Source of the DNA: Solirubrobacteraceae bacterium
Lineage (GTDB): Bacteria > Actinomycetota > Thermoleophilia > Solirubrobacterales > Solirubrobacteraceae
Length of the DNA stretch: 56,793 bases
Direction of reading: 5' to 3'
NCBI GenBank assembly: GCA_036564325.1
Contig: DATCPD010000254.1
Location: forward strand, 1 to 56,793
Part shown: piece after piece, positions 27,137-40,319 of the stretch
How positions within the stretch are numbered: the first letter of the stretch is position 1
Layout: every line of letters begins with the position of its first letter
Translations under genes and position numbers: made by a program
Notes under the pieces: generated by a model
The model's database searches: none
Seen by the model: only the letters and a program-made list of their open reading frames with translations
Told to the model about the DNA's origin: nothing

Positions 27137-28875
27137 GCGGGTCTTCCGTCCACGAGCGGGGCAGGCGCACCGAACAGATACCCCTGGGCCAGGTTGACGC
27201 CCAGGGAGCGGAGCACGCCGGCCGTCTCCTCGTTCTCGACCCCCTCGGCGATCGTCTGTTGCCCAAACCCCCGGGCCAGGGAAACGATCGCCGTGACCAC
27301 AGACCGGTCTCGCGGACTCTGGACGACGTCGCGCACGAACTCGATGTCGATCTTCAGGTAGTGCACGGGCAGCTGCTTGAGGTAGGTGAAGCTCGCGAAC
27401 CCGGTGCCGAAGTCGTCCAGGGCGAAGCGGCACCCCAGCGCGACCATGCGCTCGGCAAAGTGCCGACCGCGATCCATGTTCTGCATGACGGCGGTCTCGG
27501 TGATCTCGAAGACGATGTCCCCTGGGTTCGTCTGGTAGTGGAGCAGCTCGTCTCCGATCGCGTCGAGCACAAGCGGTTCGCCAGAGGAAGCCGCGGATAA
27601 ATTCACCGTCACGGGGTGACCGAGGGCGGCGATGCGGGCGGCCTGTCTGATCACCCATTGATCGATCTCCGCGATCAGGCCGCAGCGCTCTGCCGTCGGC
27701 AGGAACGCCAGCGGTGGGATGAGCTGGCCATCACGGTCGCGCAACCGGATCAGCAGTTCGTACTGGACAGTGGCGCCCGTGGCCAGGTCGATAACCGGTT
27801 GGGCGTAGAGCACGAATCGGTCCTCATCCAACCCGTCGCGAATCCGGCCGATCCAGGTCTCTCGGTCGGCCTCGCGGACCGTGGGGGTGGTCCCCGGCTC
27901 GTACAGCTCCGTCTTGGCCCCGCCGAGCGACTTGGCGTGATACATCGCCGTGTCGGCGTGCTGGATCAGCTGGTCCGCCCGGTGGCTTCCGCCCACCGGC
28001 CCCGGGGCGGTCACCGAGATCCCGATGCTGGCGCTGACGATCATCGAGCCGTGCTCCAGCTTGATGGGCTGGTCGATCTCGGTGGCGATACGGTGGGCGA
28101 CGTTGATCGCATCCTCCGGCCCCGTCATGGAGGGGAGCAGCACCACGAACTCGTCGCCTCCGAGCCGGGACACGCTGTCGATCGCGCGCACCGCGGCCCG
28201 GAGCCGCGCCGCCACCTGGCGGAGAACGTCATCGCCGGTAGCGTGGCCGCGCGTGTCGTTGATCTTCTTGAACCCATCGAGGTCGACGAAGATCACGCCC
28301 ACGAATGTCCCGGAGCGTTCGCCGAGCGCGAGCGCATACATGATCCGGTCGATCAGCAGGGTTCGGTTGGCCAGCCCGGTCAGAGCGTCATGGGTGGCCA
28401 GGTGGGTCAGGGCGTGCTGGGCTTCCTCGAGTTCACGCAGGCGATCGGTCTGCAGGCGACCGATCTCCAGGTTGTGCGTGTTCTCCAGGGTGAGGTCGGC
28501 GAAGGTGAGGCAATTCACGACGTGTTCATCGACGTCCAGGGCGCCGGTGCTGATCCGAACCGGCACGGTCTCGCCGGCGCCGGTGATGAGCTCGGCCTCG
28601 GTCGTGCCGCGGTTCGTTCCCGTGATCTGCTCGAGCGCGGCAACGTCCCCACTGGCGAGCAAGGAAGTGATCGGCGATCCGATCAGCTGGGCCAGCGGAC
28701 GCATCAGCATTTTGGCCAAGCTCCGGTTGGCGTAGAGCACAATCCCGGATTCCGACACGATTGCGGCGCCGTCGCGCATCGTGTCCACAAACCTCCGGTA
28801 TGGCCGCTCGCCACTGGAAATGATGGCCGCCTGTGGGTACGGAGGCGGCACGGGCGGCGCGGTGATCGTCCCCAT
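27133..28875 (-). CDS. PAS-GGDEF-EAL protein
   Basis: PAS (VLYANRSL), RAID + GGDEF, ELLIRL, LDDFGTGF. Confidence 0.92.
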   Translation of the reverse strand: MGTITAPPVPPPYPQAAIISSGERPYRRFVDTMRDGAAIVSESGIVLYANRSLAKMLMRPLAQLIGSPITSLLASGDVAALEQITGTNRGTTEAELITGAGETVPVRISTGALDVDEHVVNCLTFADLTLENTHNLEIGRLQTDRLRELEEAQHALTHLATHDALTGLANRTLLIDRIMYALALGERSGTFVGVIFVDLDGFKKINDTRGHATGDDVLRQVAARLRAAVRAIDSVSRLGGDEFVVLLPSMTGPEDAINVAHRIATEIDQPIKLEHGSMIVSASIGISVTAPGPVGGSHRADQLIQHADTAMYHAKSLGGAKTELYEPGTTPTVREADRETWIGRIRDGLDEDRFVLYAQPVIDLATGATVQYELLIRLRDRDGQLIPPLAFLPTAERCGLIAEIDQWVIRQAARIAALGHPVTVNLSAASSGEPLVLDAIGDELLHYQTNPGDIVFEITETAVMQNMDRGRHFAERMVALGCRFALDDFGTGFASFTYLKQLPVHYLKIDIEFVRDVVQSPRDRSVVTAIVSLARGFGQQTIAEGVENEETAGVLRSLGVNLAQGYLFGAPAPLVDGRPA

Positions 28876-28991
28876 GGTGCTCCCCCGTCGTTTGTGCCGG
28901 GCCTCGACGGGAACGCCAGTCCGTCGGACGCGCGAGTCAAAACGCTGCTGTTTGAATAACTGGTCTGCCGGGATGGCGAACCTTTAGGAGG

Positions 28992-29018
28992 TATCGGCAA
29001 CTACGGGCGTTTGGTTGA
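28992..29018 (-). promoter_or_regulatory. Sigma28/WhiG-like promoter
   Basis: Minus strand TCAA-N16-GCCGATA upstream of the PAS-GGDEF-EAL gene. Confidence 0.65.
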
Positions 29019-29061
29019 GTCGCCGCGGCGGCCTCCGCCCGAGGCGGGTGAGTATTTCTCG

Positions 29062-30807
29062 CTAGATCCAGCCCATCTCGGTGGCGCGCAGCACGGCCTG
29101 GGCGCGGTCGGCCACGCCGAGCTTCTCGTAGACGCGGTGCAGATGCGATCGGACCGTGCTCGCGGCCAGGCCGAGCTCAGCCCCGATCTGCTTGTACACC
29201 TTCCCGCGGGAGAGCTCACGGAGCACCATCGTCTCGCGGTTCGACAGCGGCGACGGTTCGGCCCGGCGGCGACGGCTTCCGCTGGCGTGCGGCAGGTCGA
29301 AGAGCACGTCTCGCAGCGCATCGGCCGAGAGGCCGCAGGCGGACGCCAAGCGCAGCATGATCGTGCGATCGATGGCTTCCCCCTGCGCCTGGTGGGCGAC
29401 CATGTCGGCCAGCCTCACGTAGGTGGCGACCTCGTCCTCGGCCTCGGCCTGGTGGTGAGCTGCGACCGTCCGGGCGAGGCGCTCGGGGAGGCCCCATCGG
29501 CGCAGCAGCAGACCGCCCAGGCTCGCGTGGTCGAGGCCGAGATCTCGCTGCTCCTGGCGCGTGCGCTCCTCGGGAGTGGTGGTGCGGTCGTCCAGTGCGG
29601 AGGTATGCGCCTCGCTGGCTCGGGCGAGCACGAGCTTGCCGACATCATGCAGGAGCGCAGCCACAAGGACGTCGTCGGTGGTGACGAGCGCCGACTCGCG
29701 CGTCAGGCGATCAGCCGCCCGGGCAACCGCCTGAGCGTGGATCCGCGAGCGATGCATCAGCACCTCGAGCGGCGATGTACGCCACGGAAACGCGGCGAGG
29801 GGCAGGTTGGTGATCGCGGCCTGGATGCCGCTTGCTCCGAGCGCCTGGGCAGCGTCGGCCACGTTGGCGATCGGCCGCCCGTTGGCGAGTGGTTGGGCCT
29901 GACGCAGAACCGCGACGGTGAGACCGGTGTCGCTCTCGATCGCCGCGATGAGCTGGCCTGAGGTGCCGCTCTCGGGCGTAGCGACAGCCGCGAGCAGTCG
30001 CTCGTAGGCCGGCGCAAAAGCCGGTATGAGATCGAGTTCCTCGATCGCGCTGGTCAAGCCGCGGCGGCCCACCGCCCCACTCTGTTCGCCCACGGAGGCA
30101 CCCGTCCGCTTGTTGGTCGCGCTTCCCGCGGGCGCCGGCGACTTCGCGGTGGCACCTCGCGCGAATACCGCCGCAAAGGCATCCACCATCTGTGGGCCGA
30201 ACTGCGAGCCGGCCTCGAGACACACATACTCGAGCGCCTCAGCGGCGCCCACCCCGCGACGGTATGGCCGGTCGGTCGACATCGCCACGAAGGCATCGCA
30301 GATGGCGATCACCTGGCTCAGCAACGGGATCGCCTCCCCCTGAAGGCCGGCGGGGTATCCCTCGCCGTCCCACCGCTCGTGGTGTGCTCTGACGATCGGC
30401 GCGGCCACGGCCACCGGAGCCAACCGCTCGAGCAGTTCGCATCCGAGATCCGGATGGCGATTCACCAGCACCCAGTCCTCTGCCGAAAGAGATTCTGTGG
30501 TCAGCACGACGCTATCCGGGAGACTCATCATCCCGATGTCTCGCAGACGCGCCGACACGTCGAGGAGCGCTGCGGATGTCGCGTCGAGACCCAGCTGCCG
30601 TCCGACCCGCGCTGCCAGCTTGCGCACCAGCGGCGTTGACGCGTGAAGCCCCGGAACGCGGGCGCTGAACGCCGCTTCCAATGCCGTGGCGATCCACTCG
30701 GCGCTGTCGGGATCGGGGGCCACATCACCGCGGGTCCTCGACACCGGTTTCGCCGGCAGGGGCTCTGAAGGCTCTCGCCTCGTCGAGCGCTCTGTAATCG
30801 TGGCCAT
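29062..30807 (-). CDS. HD-GYP (degenerate) - HDOD - LuxR HTH transcriptional regulator
   Basis: LRDIG..HHERWDGEGYP; IESDTGLT..LLHDVGK..WGLP..HH; LSNRE...TVRSHLHRVYEKLGV. Confidence 0.88.
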   Translation of the reverse strand: MATITERSTRREPSEPLPAKPVSRTRGDVAPDPDSAEWIATALEAAFSARVPGLHASTPLVRKLAARVGRQLGLDATSAALLDVSARLRDIGMMSLPDSVVLTTESLSAEDWVLVNRHPDLGCELLERLAPVAVAAPIVRAHHERWDGEGYPAGLQGEAIPLLSQVIAICDAFVAMSTDRPYRRGVGAAEALEYVCLEAGSQFGPQMVDAFAAVFARGATAKSPAPAGSATNKRTGASVGEQSGAVGRRGLTSAIEELDLIPAFAPAYERLLAAVATPESGTSGQLIAAIESDTGLTVAVLRQAQPLANGRPIANVADAAQALGASGIQAAITNLPLAAFPWRTSPLEVLMHRSRIHAQAVARAADRLTRESALVTTDDVLVAALLHDVGKLVLARASEAHTSALDDRTTTPEERTRQEQRDLGLDHASLGGLLLRRWGLPERLARTVAAHHQAEAEDEVATYVRLADMVAHQAQGEAIDRTIMLRLASACGLSADALRDVLFDLPHASGSRRRRAEPSPLSNRETMVLRELSRGKVYKQIGAELGLAASTVRSHLHRVYEKLGVADRAQAVLRATEMGWI

Positions 30808-30914
30808 CCTGCCTCCCTCGCTGTTGTGTAGTCGCGCCGCCGCGCTCTGCTCGGTGACGAGCGGCGCTCACCGTGAATATGAGCGGTCACGCGGAAGCTC
30901 CCGCCTTGTATTCG

Positions 30915-30941
30915 TATCGGCCATCGTTGACCGTGGCTTGA
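30915..30941 (-). promoter_or_regulatory. Sigma28/WhiG-like promoter
   Basis: Minus strand TCAA-N16-GCCGATA upstream of the HD-GYP-HDOD-LuxR gene. Confidence 0.65.
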
Positions 30942-30945
30942 CTGT

Positions 30946-33182
30946 TTATTCAGCCGCTCCGACCAACACCGGCGGGGGACCGGGCTGCTCGCGTGGCTGT
31001 CCGTACGGAGAGCTCTCGAGCCACTGGACCAGATCCTCACCCGGCATCGGCCGGGCGAAGTGGTAGCCCTGGGCCAGATCGCATCCGCATTCGATCAGCA
31101 TGTTCATCGTCGTCTCATCCTCGACCCCCTCCGCGACCACCTGCAGGCTGAGGTTGTGGGCCAGATCGATGATCGACCGGACGATCACCGCGTCGTCGTC
31201 CACGGATGCCATGGTCAGGACAAACGATCGATCGGCTTTGACCTCGGTGACGGGTAGACGCTGTAGATAAACAAGCGAGGAGTAGCCGGTGCCGAAGTCG
31301 TCAATCGCAAGTTGCTCGTCCATGCCGTGGAGACGCTCGAGCAGACCGGGGACGGCGGTGTCGATCAGCGCACTCTCGGTGATCTCGAAGGTCAGGTGCT
31401 CAGGCGGGACGCCCCAGGCCTTGGTCAGTCGGTCCGCCGTCTTGAACAGACCGGACCCCTGGGCCAGGCAACGTGCGCCCAGGTTCACCGCCATCGTCAG
31501 CTCGTAGCCCTGATCACGCCACGATCGAAGCATCCTCAGTGCCTCGTTGATGACCCATTCGGTAATCGGGAGCATCAGCTCGCTGTGTTCGACCTCGGGC
31601 ATGAACTCGGCGGGCATGAACAGCCGGCCGGACGGGTGGTTCCAGCGGATCAACGCCTCGACGCCGCTGATCTTGAGGGTCGTGAGGTCGATCTTGGGCT
31701 GATAGTGCAGGACGAGTTCGTCGCGCTCGATGCAGTGCCTGAGATCACCGACGAGCGCCAAGCGGCGGGCCGGAGACTCCTCTTGCGAGGCGGCGAAGAC
31801 CGCGTAGCCGCCACCCGATCGCTTGGCGTCATACATGGCCAGATCGGCTCGGCGAAGCAGGTCGTCGATGTTGTCGCCGTGCTCGGGTACCAGCGCTATC
31901 CCGATGCTCGCGCGGACGTCGATCCTGTGGTCACGAACGACAAATGTGGGCTCGAGCGCCCGCTGGATCTTCCAGGCGATGGTCACGGCTCCGGTCAGGT
32001 CGGTCGGGGCCAGCGGGAGGATCCCGAACTCGTCGCCGCCCAATCGGGCCACCGTGTCGCCCTCGCGCAGGCAGCCGACCAGGCGTTCGGCGACGAGCTT
32101 GAGCAGCGCGTCTCCGTATTGATGGCCGAGCGTGTCGTTGACGTGCTTGAACTCGTCGAGATCCAGAACCAACAGGGCTTGCAGGTTCCGGCCTCGCGCC
32201 GCTGCTTGGATGCCGTGATTTACCCGGTCGCCGAACAGCACGCGGTTGGGGAGATCTGTGAGATCGTCATGCAGCGCCTGGTACTGAAGCTCGGCCGTAT
32301 ACATCTGGCGCTCGGAGATGTCGCGCACGCAGCCGATGTGGATCCGTCGTTCGCCCAGCTGCACTTCGCTCAGATCGAGCTCGAGCGGGAACGTCGATCC
32401 GTCCTTTCGGAACCCCACTGATTCGGCCCCGCGACCGCTCCTCAACTGGGGGTTCGAGAACCAGTGCTTGGCCTGGTCCTCCCCCGGCACGTCGCCCGGA
32501 AACCTCCGCGCCACCAGCAGCGAGAATGGCTGTCCGATCGCGTCCTGCTCTTCGTACCCGAACAGCTTGGTAGCGGCACGATTGAACGATTCGATCACGC
32601 CGGCGTCGCTGATCGTGATGATTCCGTCAGCCACATGCTCGAGCACCGAAAGCGTCCGGGCCTCGCTGTCGCGTGACTGCTCGCCGAGCAGGGTGACCTC
32701 CCGGAGTGACTCCTCGAGCGCCCGGGACTTGAGGTACAGCTCGATGAACACCGAGACCTTGGCTCGCAACTCGCCCGGCACGATCGGCGCGAAGATGAAG
32801 TCGACGGCCCCGCTCGCATAGGCGACCGGAACCTTCACCTCGTCTTGCTGGTGAGCGGTGATGAAGACCATCGGGGTGTGCGCGGATTCCTTGCGCATGC
32901 GGATCAGGCGGGCGGTCTCATAGCCGTCCATGTGCGGCATCTTGACGTCCATCAGGATCACCGCGAACGATCGCGCCATCACCTCATGCAGCGCAGCTTC
33001 ACCTGAGTTGGACTCGACGATCTCCTCGCCCAGGGGCTCAAGCACCGCGCGGATGGCCAGCCGCTTGGCGGCGTTGTCGTCGACGACGAGAATTGCCGCC
33101 GGCTGGTGGGGTTCTGGCGGGGCCGGGCTCTCGCCGACCGACCTTAGGGCTGCGCCGTTGACGCTGGCCAGGCCGATCGCGC

Positions 33183-33186
<4 letters not shown>
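30946..33186 (-). CDS. REC-PAS-GGDEF-EAL response regulator
   Basis: ILVVDD..LMDVKMP REC, PAS, REGD + GGDEF, EALIRW, IDDFGTGYSS; GTGA overlap with the kinase stop. Confidence 0.92.
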
Positions 33187-36185
<2,999 letters not shown>

Positions 36186-36249
36186 GGAACTCCCTTAAGT
36201 TATGCAGCGGACGAGCGAGGAGCACGGCGTCTCCTCTGCCTGCGTGCTG

Positions 36250-36277
36250 TATCGACATCGCAGCCCCCCATCCTTTA
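36250..36277 (-). promoter_or_regulatory. Possible sigma28/WhiG-like promoter
   Basis: Minus strand TAAA-N17-GTCGATA upstream of the HAMP kinase. Confidence 0.45.
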
Positions 36278-36323
36278 GCCCAGATCCAGAGATACGCCGT
36301 TTGGTGGACTCCGCTGAGCGGGC

Positions 36324-36350
36324 TACAGCTTGTGCCGCAGCAGGCCGATG
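36324..36350 (+). promoter_or_regulatory. Possible sigma28/WhiG-like promoter
   Basis: TACA-N16-GCCGATG upstream of the PAS-PAS-GGDEF gene. Confidence 0.5.
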
Positions 36351-36380
36351 GGACAGGAGAAGCATCCCCCTCCCGTTTTG

Positions 36381-38138
36381 ATGATCAACACCCGATTCTC
36401 ACCGCAACCGATGCCCGCAGGCGAGCGCGGGCGAGTTGCCGCGGTCCCAGCTCCGTTGCCCGGCCCGTCAGCGCTCGGCAGCGAGGACCGCCCCGCGCTT
36501 GATGCAGAAGCGGTCAAGAACCTTTACCTGGCGCTGCTCTCAGAGTTTCCGCAAGCTCCGGTCGGCGGGATCAAGCCGGACGGCCTGTTCGCTCCGCTAC
36601 CGGTGTCCTTTCCGATCGGCCGCCACCCTCTGCTCCAGGGCCGTTCGGGCCTCGACCTGGTGATCCCCGAGGATCGCGGAACACTGATCCTTGCCTGGGA
36701 CCGCATGCTGGCGGACGGGGCCAGCCGGTGCCTCGTTCATCTTGCCGTCGAACCCGCCGCGACTACGACGTTCAACCTGTTCGACTCCTCGCCAGCCTTC
36801 GGCCTCTACCTGAACGTGGTCACGCCGGCAGGTGTATCTGAAACCGAATTGGCGGGTCCTCCGCGGACTGAGATCCCCGCCGTGATGCCGCGCTTTGCCA
36901 CGATGAAGAAGAACGAGCGAGGGATCGTCCTGGAGGTCGACGAGGCGACCACGCAGATCCTCGGCTGGGACGCCGACCAGCTGGTCGGCCACCGCACGCT
37001 TCCGTTCACCCATCCCGACGACCATCCGCTGGTGATCGAGAACTGGATGGACCTGCTCGCCAACCCCGGGCCGGCTCGCCGGGTCCGCGTGCGCTATCAG
37101 CGACAGGACGAGTCGTGGGTCTGGTTCGAGATCACCAATCACAACCTGCTCGACGATCCCGACCACCGCTGCGTGGTCAGCGGGATGCTTGACATCTCAG
37201 ACGAGATGGCGGCAAACGAGTCGCTCCGGGCACGCGAGCAGCTGCTGGATCGTCTGGCCGAGGCCCTGCCGCTGGGACTGTTACAGATCGACTCGGCACG
37301 GCACGTCGTCTATACCAACGACCGCCTCCACGAGATCGTGGGAATCGAGCGCGCGCCGACCGTGAGCGCGCAGCTCGCCCACCTGGCCGACGAGGACCGC
37401 CCTGCGCTCATCGAGGCTCTCGATGCGGTGCTCCGAGGCGGACTTCACGCCGAGATCGAGGTCGCCTTCGACCTGCCGGACAGTTCCGACAGACGCCTGT
37501 GCACGATGAGCCTCAGCGCCCTCAGCGACGACGCCGGCACGATCAACGGGGCCATCGCCTGCGTGACCGACGTGACCGAGGCGGCGCGGATGCGCGATGA
37601 GCTCAATCAGCGCGCGACGTTCGATCAACTCACGGGGTGCTACAACCGCGCGTCGATCATGCGCGCTCTCGAAACAGACGTCGGCAGGGCCGGCGACCGC
37701 GCGGTGATCTTCATCGACCTCGACGACTTCAAGCAGGTCAACGACAGCCTCGGACACGCGGCCGGAGACGAGCTGCTGGTGTTCGCGGCCAAACGGCTCA
37801 GAGAGACGATCCGCGACCAGGACATGATGGGCCGATTCGGCGGAGACGAGTTCCTCGTCATCTGCCCCCAGATCACCAGCCCGGAGGCGGCGGTCAAGCT
37901 CGCCGAGCGCCTGTCCACCGCACTCAACGGGACCGTCCAGCTCGCTGCCGGAACCAGCACTCTGCGCGCGAGCCTCGGAGCCGCCTGGTCTGACGGGACC
38001 ACGCTGACCGCCGACACGCTGGTCGCACGAGCCGATGCCGCCATGTACGAGTCCAAGCGCCTCAACGTTGGGCAACCCCAACTGGCTTCTTCGCCCTCGC
38101 GGCCTCAGACAATGCGGACGCGCGAAAGCGGACGCTGA
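36381..38138 (+). CDS. PAS-PAS-GGDEF diguanylate cyclase
   Basis: THPDD PAS, YTNDRL PAS, RDQD + GGDEF; start uncertain. Confidence 0.9.
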   Translation: MINTRFSPQPMPAGERGRVAAVPAPLPGPSALGSEDRPALDAEAVKNLYLALLSEFPQAPVGGIKPDGLFAPLPVSFPIGRHPLLQGRSGLDLVIPEDRGTLILAWDRMLADGASRCLVHLAVEPAATTTFNLFDSSPAFGLYLNVVTPAGVSETELAGPPRTEIPAVMPRFATMKKNERGIVLEVDEATTQILGWDADQLVGHRTLPFTHPDDHPLVIENWMDLLANPGPARRVRVRYQRQDESWVWFEITNHNLLDDPDHRCVVSGMLDISDEMAANESLRAREQLLDRLAEALPLGLLQIDSARHVVYTNDRLHEIVGIERAPTVSAQLAHLADEDRPALIEALDAVLRGGLHAEIEVAFDLPDSSDRRLCTMSLSALSDDAGTINGAIACVTDVTEAARMRDELNQRATFDQLTGCYNRASIMRALETDVGRAGDRAVIFIDLDDFKQVNDSLGHAAGDELLVFAAKRLRETIRDQDMMGRFGGDEFLVICPQITSPEAAVKLAERLSTALNGTVQLAAGTSTLRASLGAAWSDGTTLTADTLVARADAAMYESKRLNVGQPQLASSPSRPQTMRTRESGR

Positions 38139-38141
38139 CCC

Positions 38142-39926
38142 ATGGGCCACCAGATCGGGGCCGCGCCGCGGTGGATCGTGCGCGTCGGCTTGGGCGGCCT
38201 GTTCGTGGTGCTGTGCGTCCTGGCCGGTTTCTCGCTGCTGACCCAGCAGCGTGTGGGCAGGAGCGCCGAGCGGGCCAATCAGGCAGCCGCGCTCAGCAGC
38301 CTCTACCAGGACGCCCGCTACCGGGTCGGCCTCGAGCAATCGCTGGTGCGCAAGTTCCGCCTGACCCCCGACGTGTCCGTGCTGGTGTCCCGCGGCAACG
38401 CCGAAGACGCACTCGTCGCCGACATGCAGCGGCTGGACGCGCTGGCAAGTTCCCCTGCCGCCAGGGCCACGGTGGCCCGTCTCTCGACGGCTGACGGCGC
38501 CTACGACCAGGTCGGCTTCGACATCATCCAAGCCGTCTATTCACGCAACATCCCGCTCAGCGAGCGGCTGGACAGAAGGCGCGGCGACCAGGCGTTCGAT
38601 CTCGTACAGGGGATCGTCTCCAGCGAAGCTCTGGCAGCACAGCGGACTGCCACGGCAGAGGAGACAGCCTTGACGCGGGACAGCACCTCGGCCACCCGTG
38701 CGATGGTGATCGCCTTCGCCCTCGGGCTCGGCCTGATCGCCTTCTTCGGTGTGCTCGTGGCGCGGATCACGAAACGGCTGGACAAGGTGCGCGTGGCGGA
38801 GTTCGAGACCATGGCTCAGATGGCCAGCACCGACCCGTTGACGGGACTGGCGAACCACCGCGCGTTCCACGAGGACCTCGCCCGGGAGCTGAGACGCGCC
38901 AGTCGCGGACCGACGCCGATGAGCCTCGTCATGCTTGATCTCGACGGGCTCAAGCAGGTCAACGACGTATTCGGGCATCAGGCCGGCGACGAGCGGCTGC
39001 AAGCACTCGCCACCGCGATTTGTGCGACTCAGCGCGCCGGGGACAGCGCCTTCCGGGTCGGCGGGGACGAGTTCGCGGTCGTACTCCCCGGCACCCGTTC
39101 CTGGGGAGCGCTCGAATTCGTCCAGCGCCTCGCGATCGCGCTGCGGGCCGAGGCTCCGACGGCGACCGTGACGGCCGGCATCGCCGAGGCCCTGACCACG
39201 CGTGACAAGGACGAGCTGATTCGTGAAGCCGACCTGGCCCTGATCGGCGCCAAGCGGATCAATCAACAGGCGGCGATCTACAGCGCGGACATGCACACCA
39301 ACGTGGATGCGGGCATCGCCGAGGACGAGCATCACACCCGGACCCTGGCTAACGCGCTCGCGCTCGCGGTGGACGCCAAGGACTCCTACACGCGCAGCCA
39401 TTGTCAGACGGTGTCCCAGCTCTGCGTCGTGATCGCCACCGAGTTGGACATCCATCGCGAACAGCTCGTGCGGGTCCGGCTGGCCGGGCTGCTCCACGAC
39501 GTGGGGAAGATCGGCGTGCCCGACTCGATTCTCAACAAGCCGGACGTCCTCACCTACAGCGAGTACGAGCAGATGAAAACCCATTCCGTGCTCGGCGCGG
39601 CGATCATCAAGGCGGCCGACATGCCGCTCGAGGCCCACTGGGTGCGACACCATCACGAGCGGATCGACGGCACGGGATACCCCGACGGCCTGGCCGGCCC
39701 CGACATCCCCCTCGAGTCGCGCATCATCCATGTCGCCGACGCATTCGAGGCGATGACCTCGGACCGCCCATATCGAAAGGCCCCCGGCCAGGCCTACGCG
39801 ATCGACGAGTTGCGGCGCAACTCCGGCACGCAGTTCGACACCGAGGTCGTGGATGCGCTGATCCGTCGCCTCGACCCGACGGGCGGCGTCCGGAAGGCGC
39901 TGTTGCAAGAGACCGTCTCGGTCTGA
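38142..39926 (+). CDS. Membrane-anchored GGDEF - HD-GYP protein
   Basis: Two TM helices flanking a helical sensor, RAGD + GGDEF, KDSYTRSH, LLHDVGK, HHERIDGTGYP. Confidence 0.92.
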   Translation: MGHQIGAAPRWIVRVGLGGLFVVLCVLAGFSLLTQQRVGRSAERANQAAALSSLYQDARYRVGLEQSLVRKFRLTPDVSVLVSRGNAEDALVADMQRLDALASSPAARATVARLSTADGAYDQVGFDIIQAVYSRNIPLSERLDRRRGDQAFDLVQGIVSSEALAAQRTATAEETALTRDSTSATRAMVIAFALGLGLIAFFGVLVARITKRLDKVRVAEFETMAQMASTDPLTGLANHRAFHEDLARELRRASRGPTPMSLVMLDLDGLKQVNDVFGHQAGDERLQALATAICATQRAGDSAFRVGGDEFAVVLPGTRSWGALEFVQRLAIALRAEAPTATVTAGIAEALTTRDKDELIREADLALIGAKRINQQAAIYSADMHTNVDAGIAEDEHHTRTLANALALAVDAKDSYTRSHCQTVSQLCVVIATELDIHREQLVRVRLAGLLHDVGKIGVPDSILNKPDVLTYSEYEQMKTHSVLGAAIIKAADMPLEAHWVRHHHERIDGTGYPDGLAGPDIPLESRIIHVADAFEAMTSDRPYRKAPGQAYAIDELRRNSGTQFDTEVVDALIRRLDPTGGVRKALLQETVSV

Positions 39927-39993
39927 GCGTCACGGGCCGTCTCGGCCTGATCGCGACCCGATGACGGCGGGAACAGCTGGCCCCCCGGGGCCG

Positions 39994-40013
39994 ATACTCC
40001 CCCGGAGTATGCT
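39994..40013 (+). promoter_or_regulatory. CsoR-type operator overlapping a leaderless -10
   Basis: Perfect inverted repeat ATACTCC-CCC-GGAGTAT; TATGCT at 40008-40013 lies 7 nt before ATG 40021. Confidence 0.8.
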
Positions 40014-40020
40014 TTCTGGC

Positions 40021-40317
40021 ATGACCTCTGCTGAGACACCCGTCTGGGGCTACACGCCCAAGAAGGACCAGCTGCTCAAGCGCCTGCGCCGGATCGAGGG
40101 GCAGGTGCGGGGAATCCAGAAGATGGTGGAGGACGACCGCTACTGCATCGACATCCTCCAGCAGGCCGCCGCCGTGACCGCGGCGATGGACAAGGTGGCC
40201 CTCGAGCTGCTGAATGACCACGTCAACCACTGCATGGCGCAGGGCGCCGGCGATGCCGCGCGCCTGAAGGAGATGACGACCGAGATGATGGGCGCCGTGG
40301 GGCGTCTCGTCCGCTGA
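40021..40317 (+). CDS. csoR: CsoR/RcnR family metal-sensing repressor
   Basis: RLRRIEGQVRGI, RYCIDIL, HVNHC (Cys-His-Cys ligands). Confidence 0.88.
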   Translation: MTSAETPVWGYTPKKDQLLKRLRRIEGQVRGIQKMVEDDRYCIDILQQAAAVTAAMDKVALELLNDHVNHCMAQGAGDAARLKEMTTEMMGAVGRLVR

Positions 40318-40319
40318 CG

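Noticed and set aside
28876-28990. c-di-GMP riboswitch in the leader of the PAS-GGDEF-EAL gene
   Set aside because: Could not find the GEMM features (GNRA tetraloop/receptor, GCAAA core) by eye; an Rfam scan is needed to exclude it
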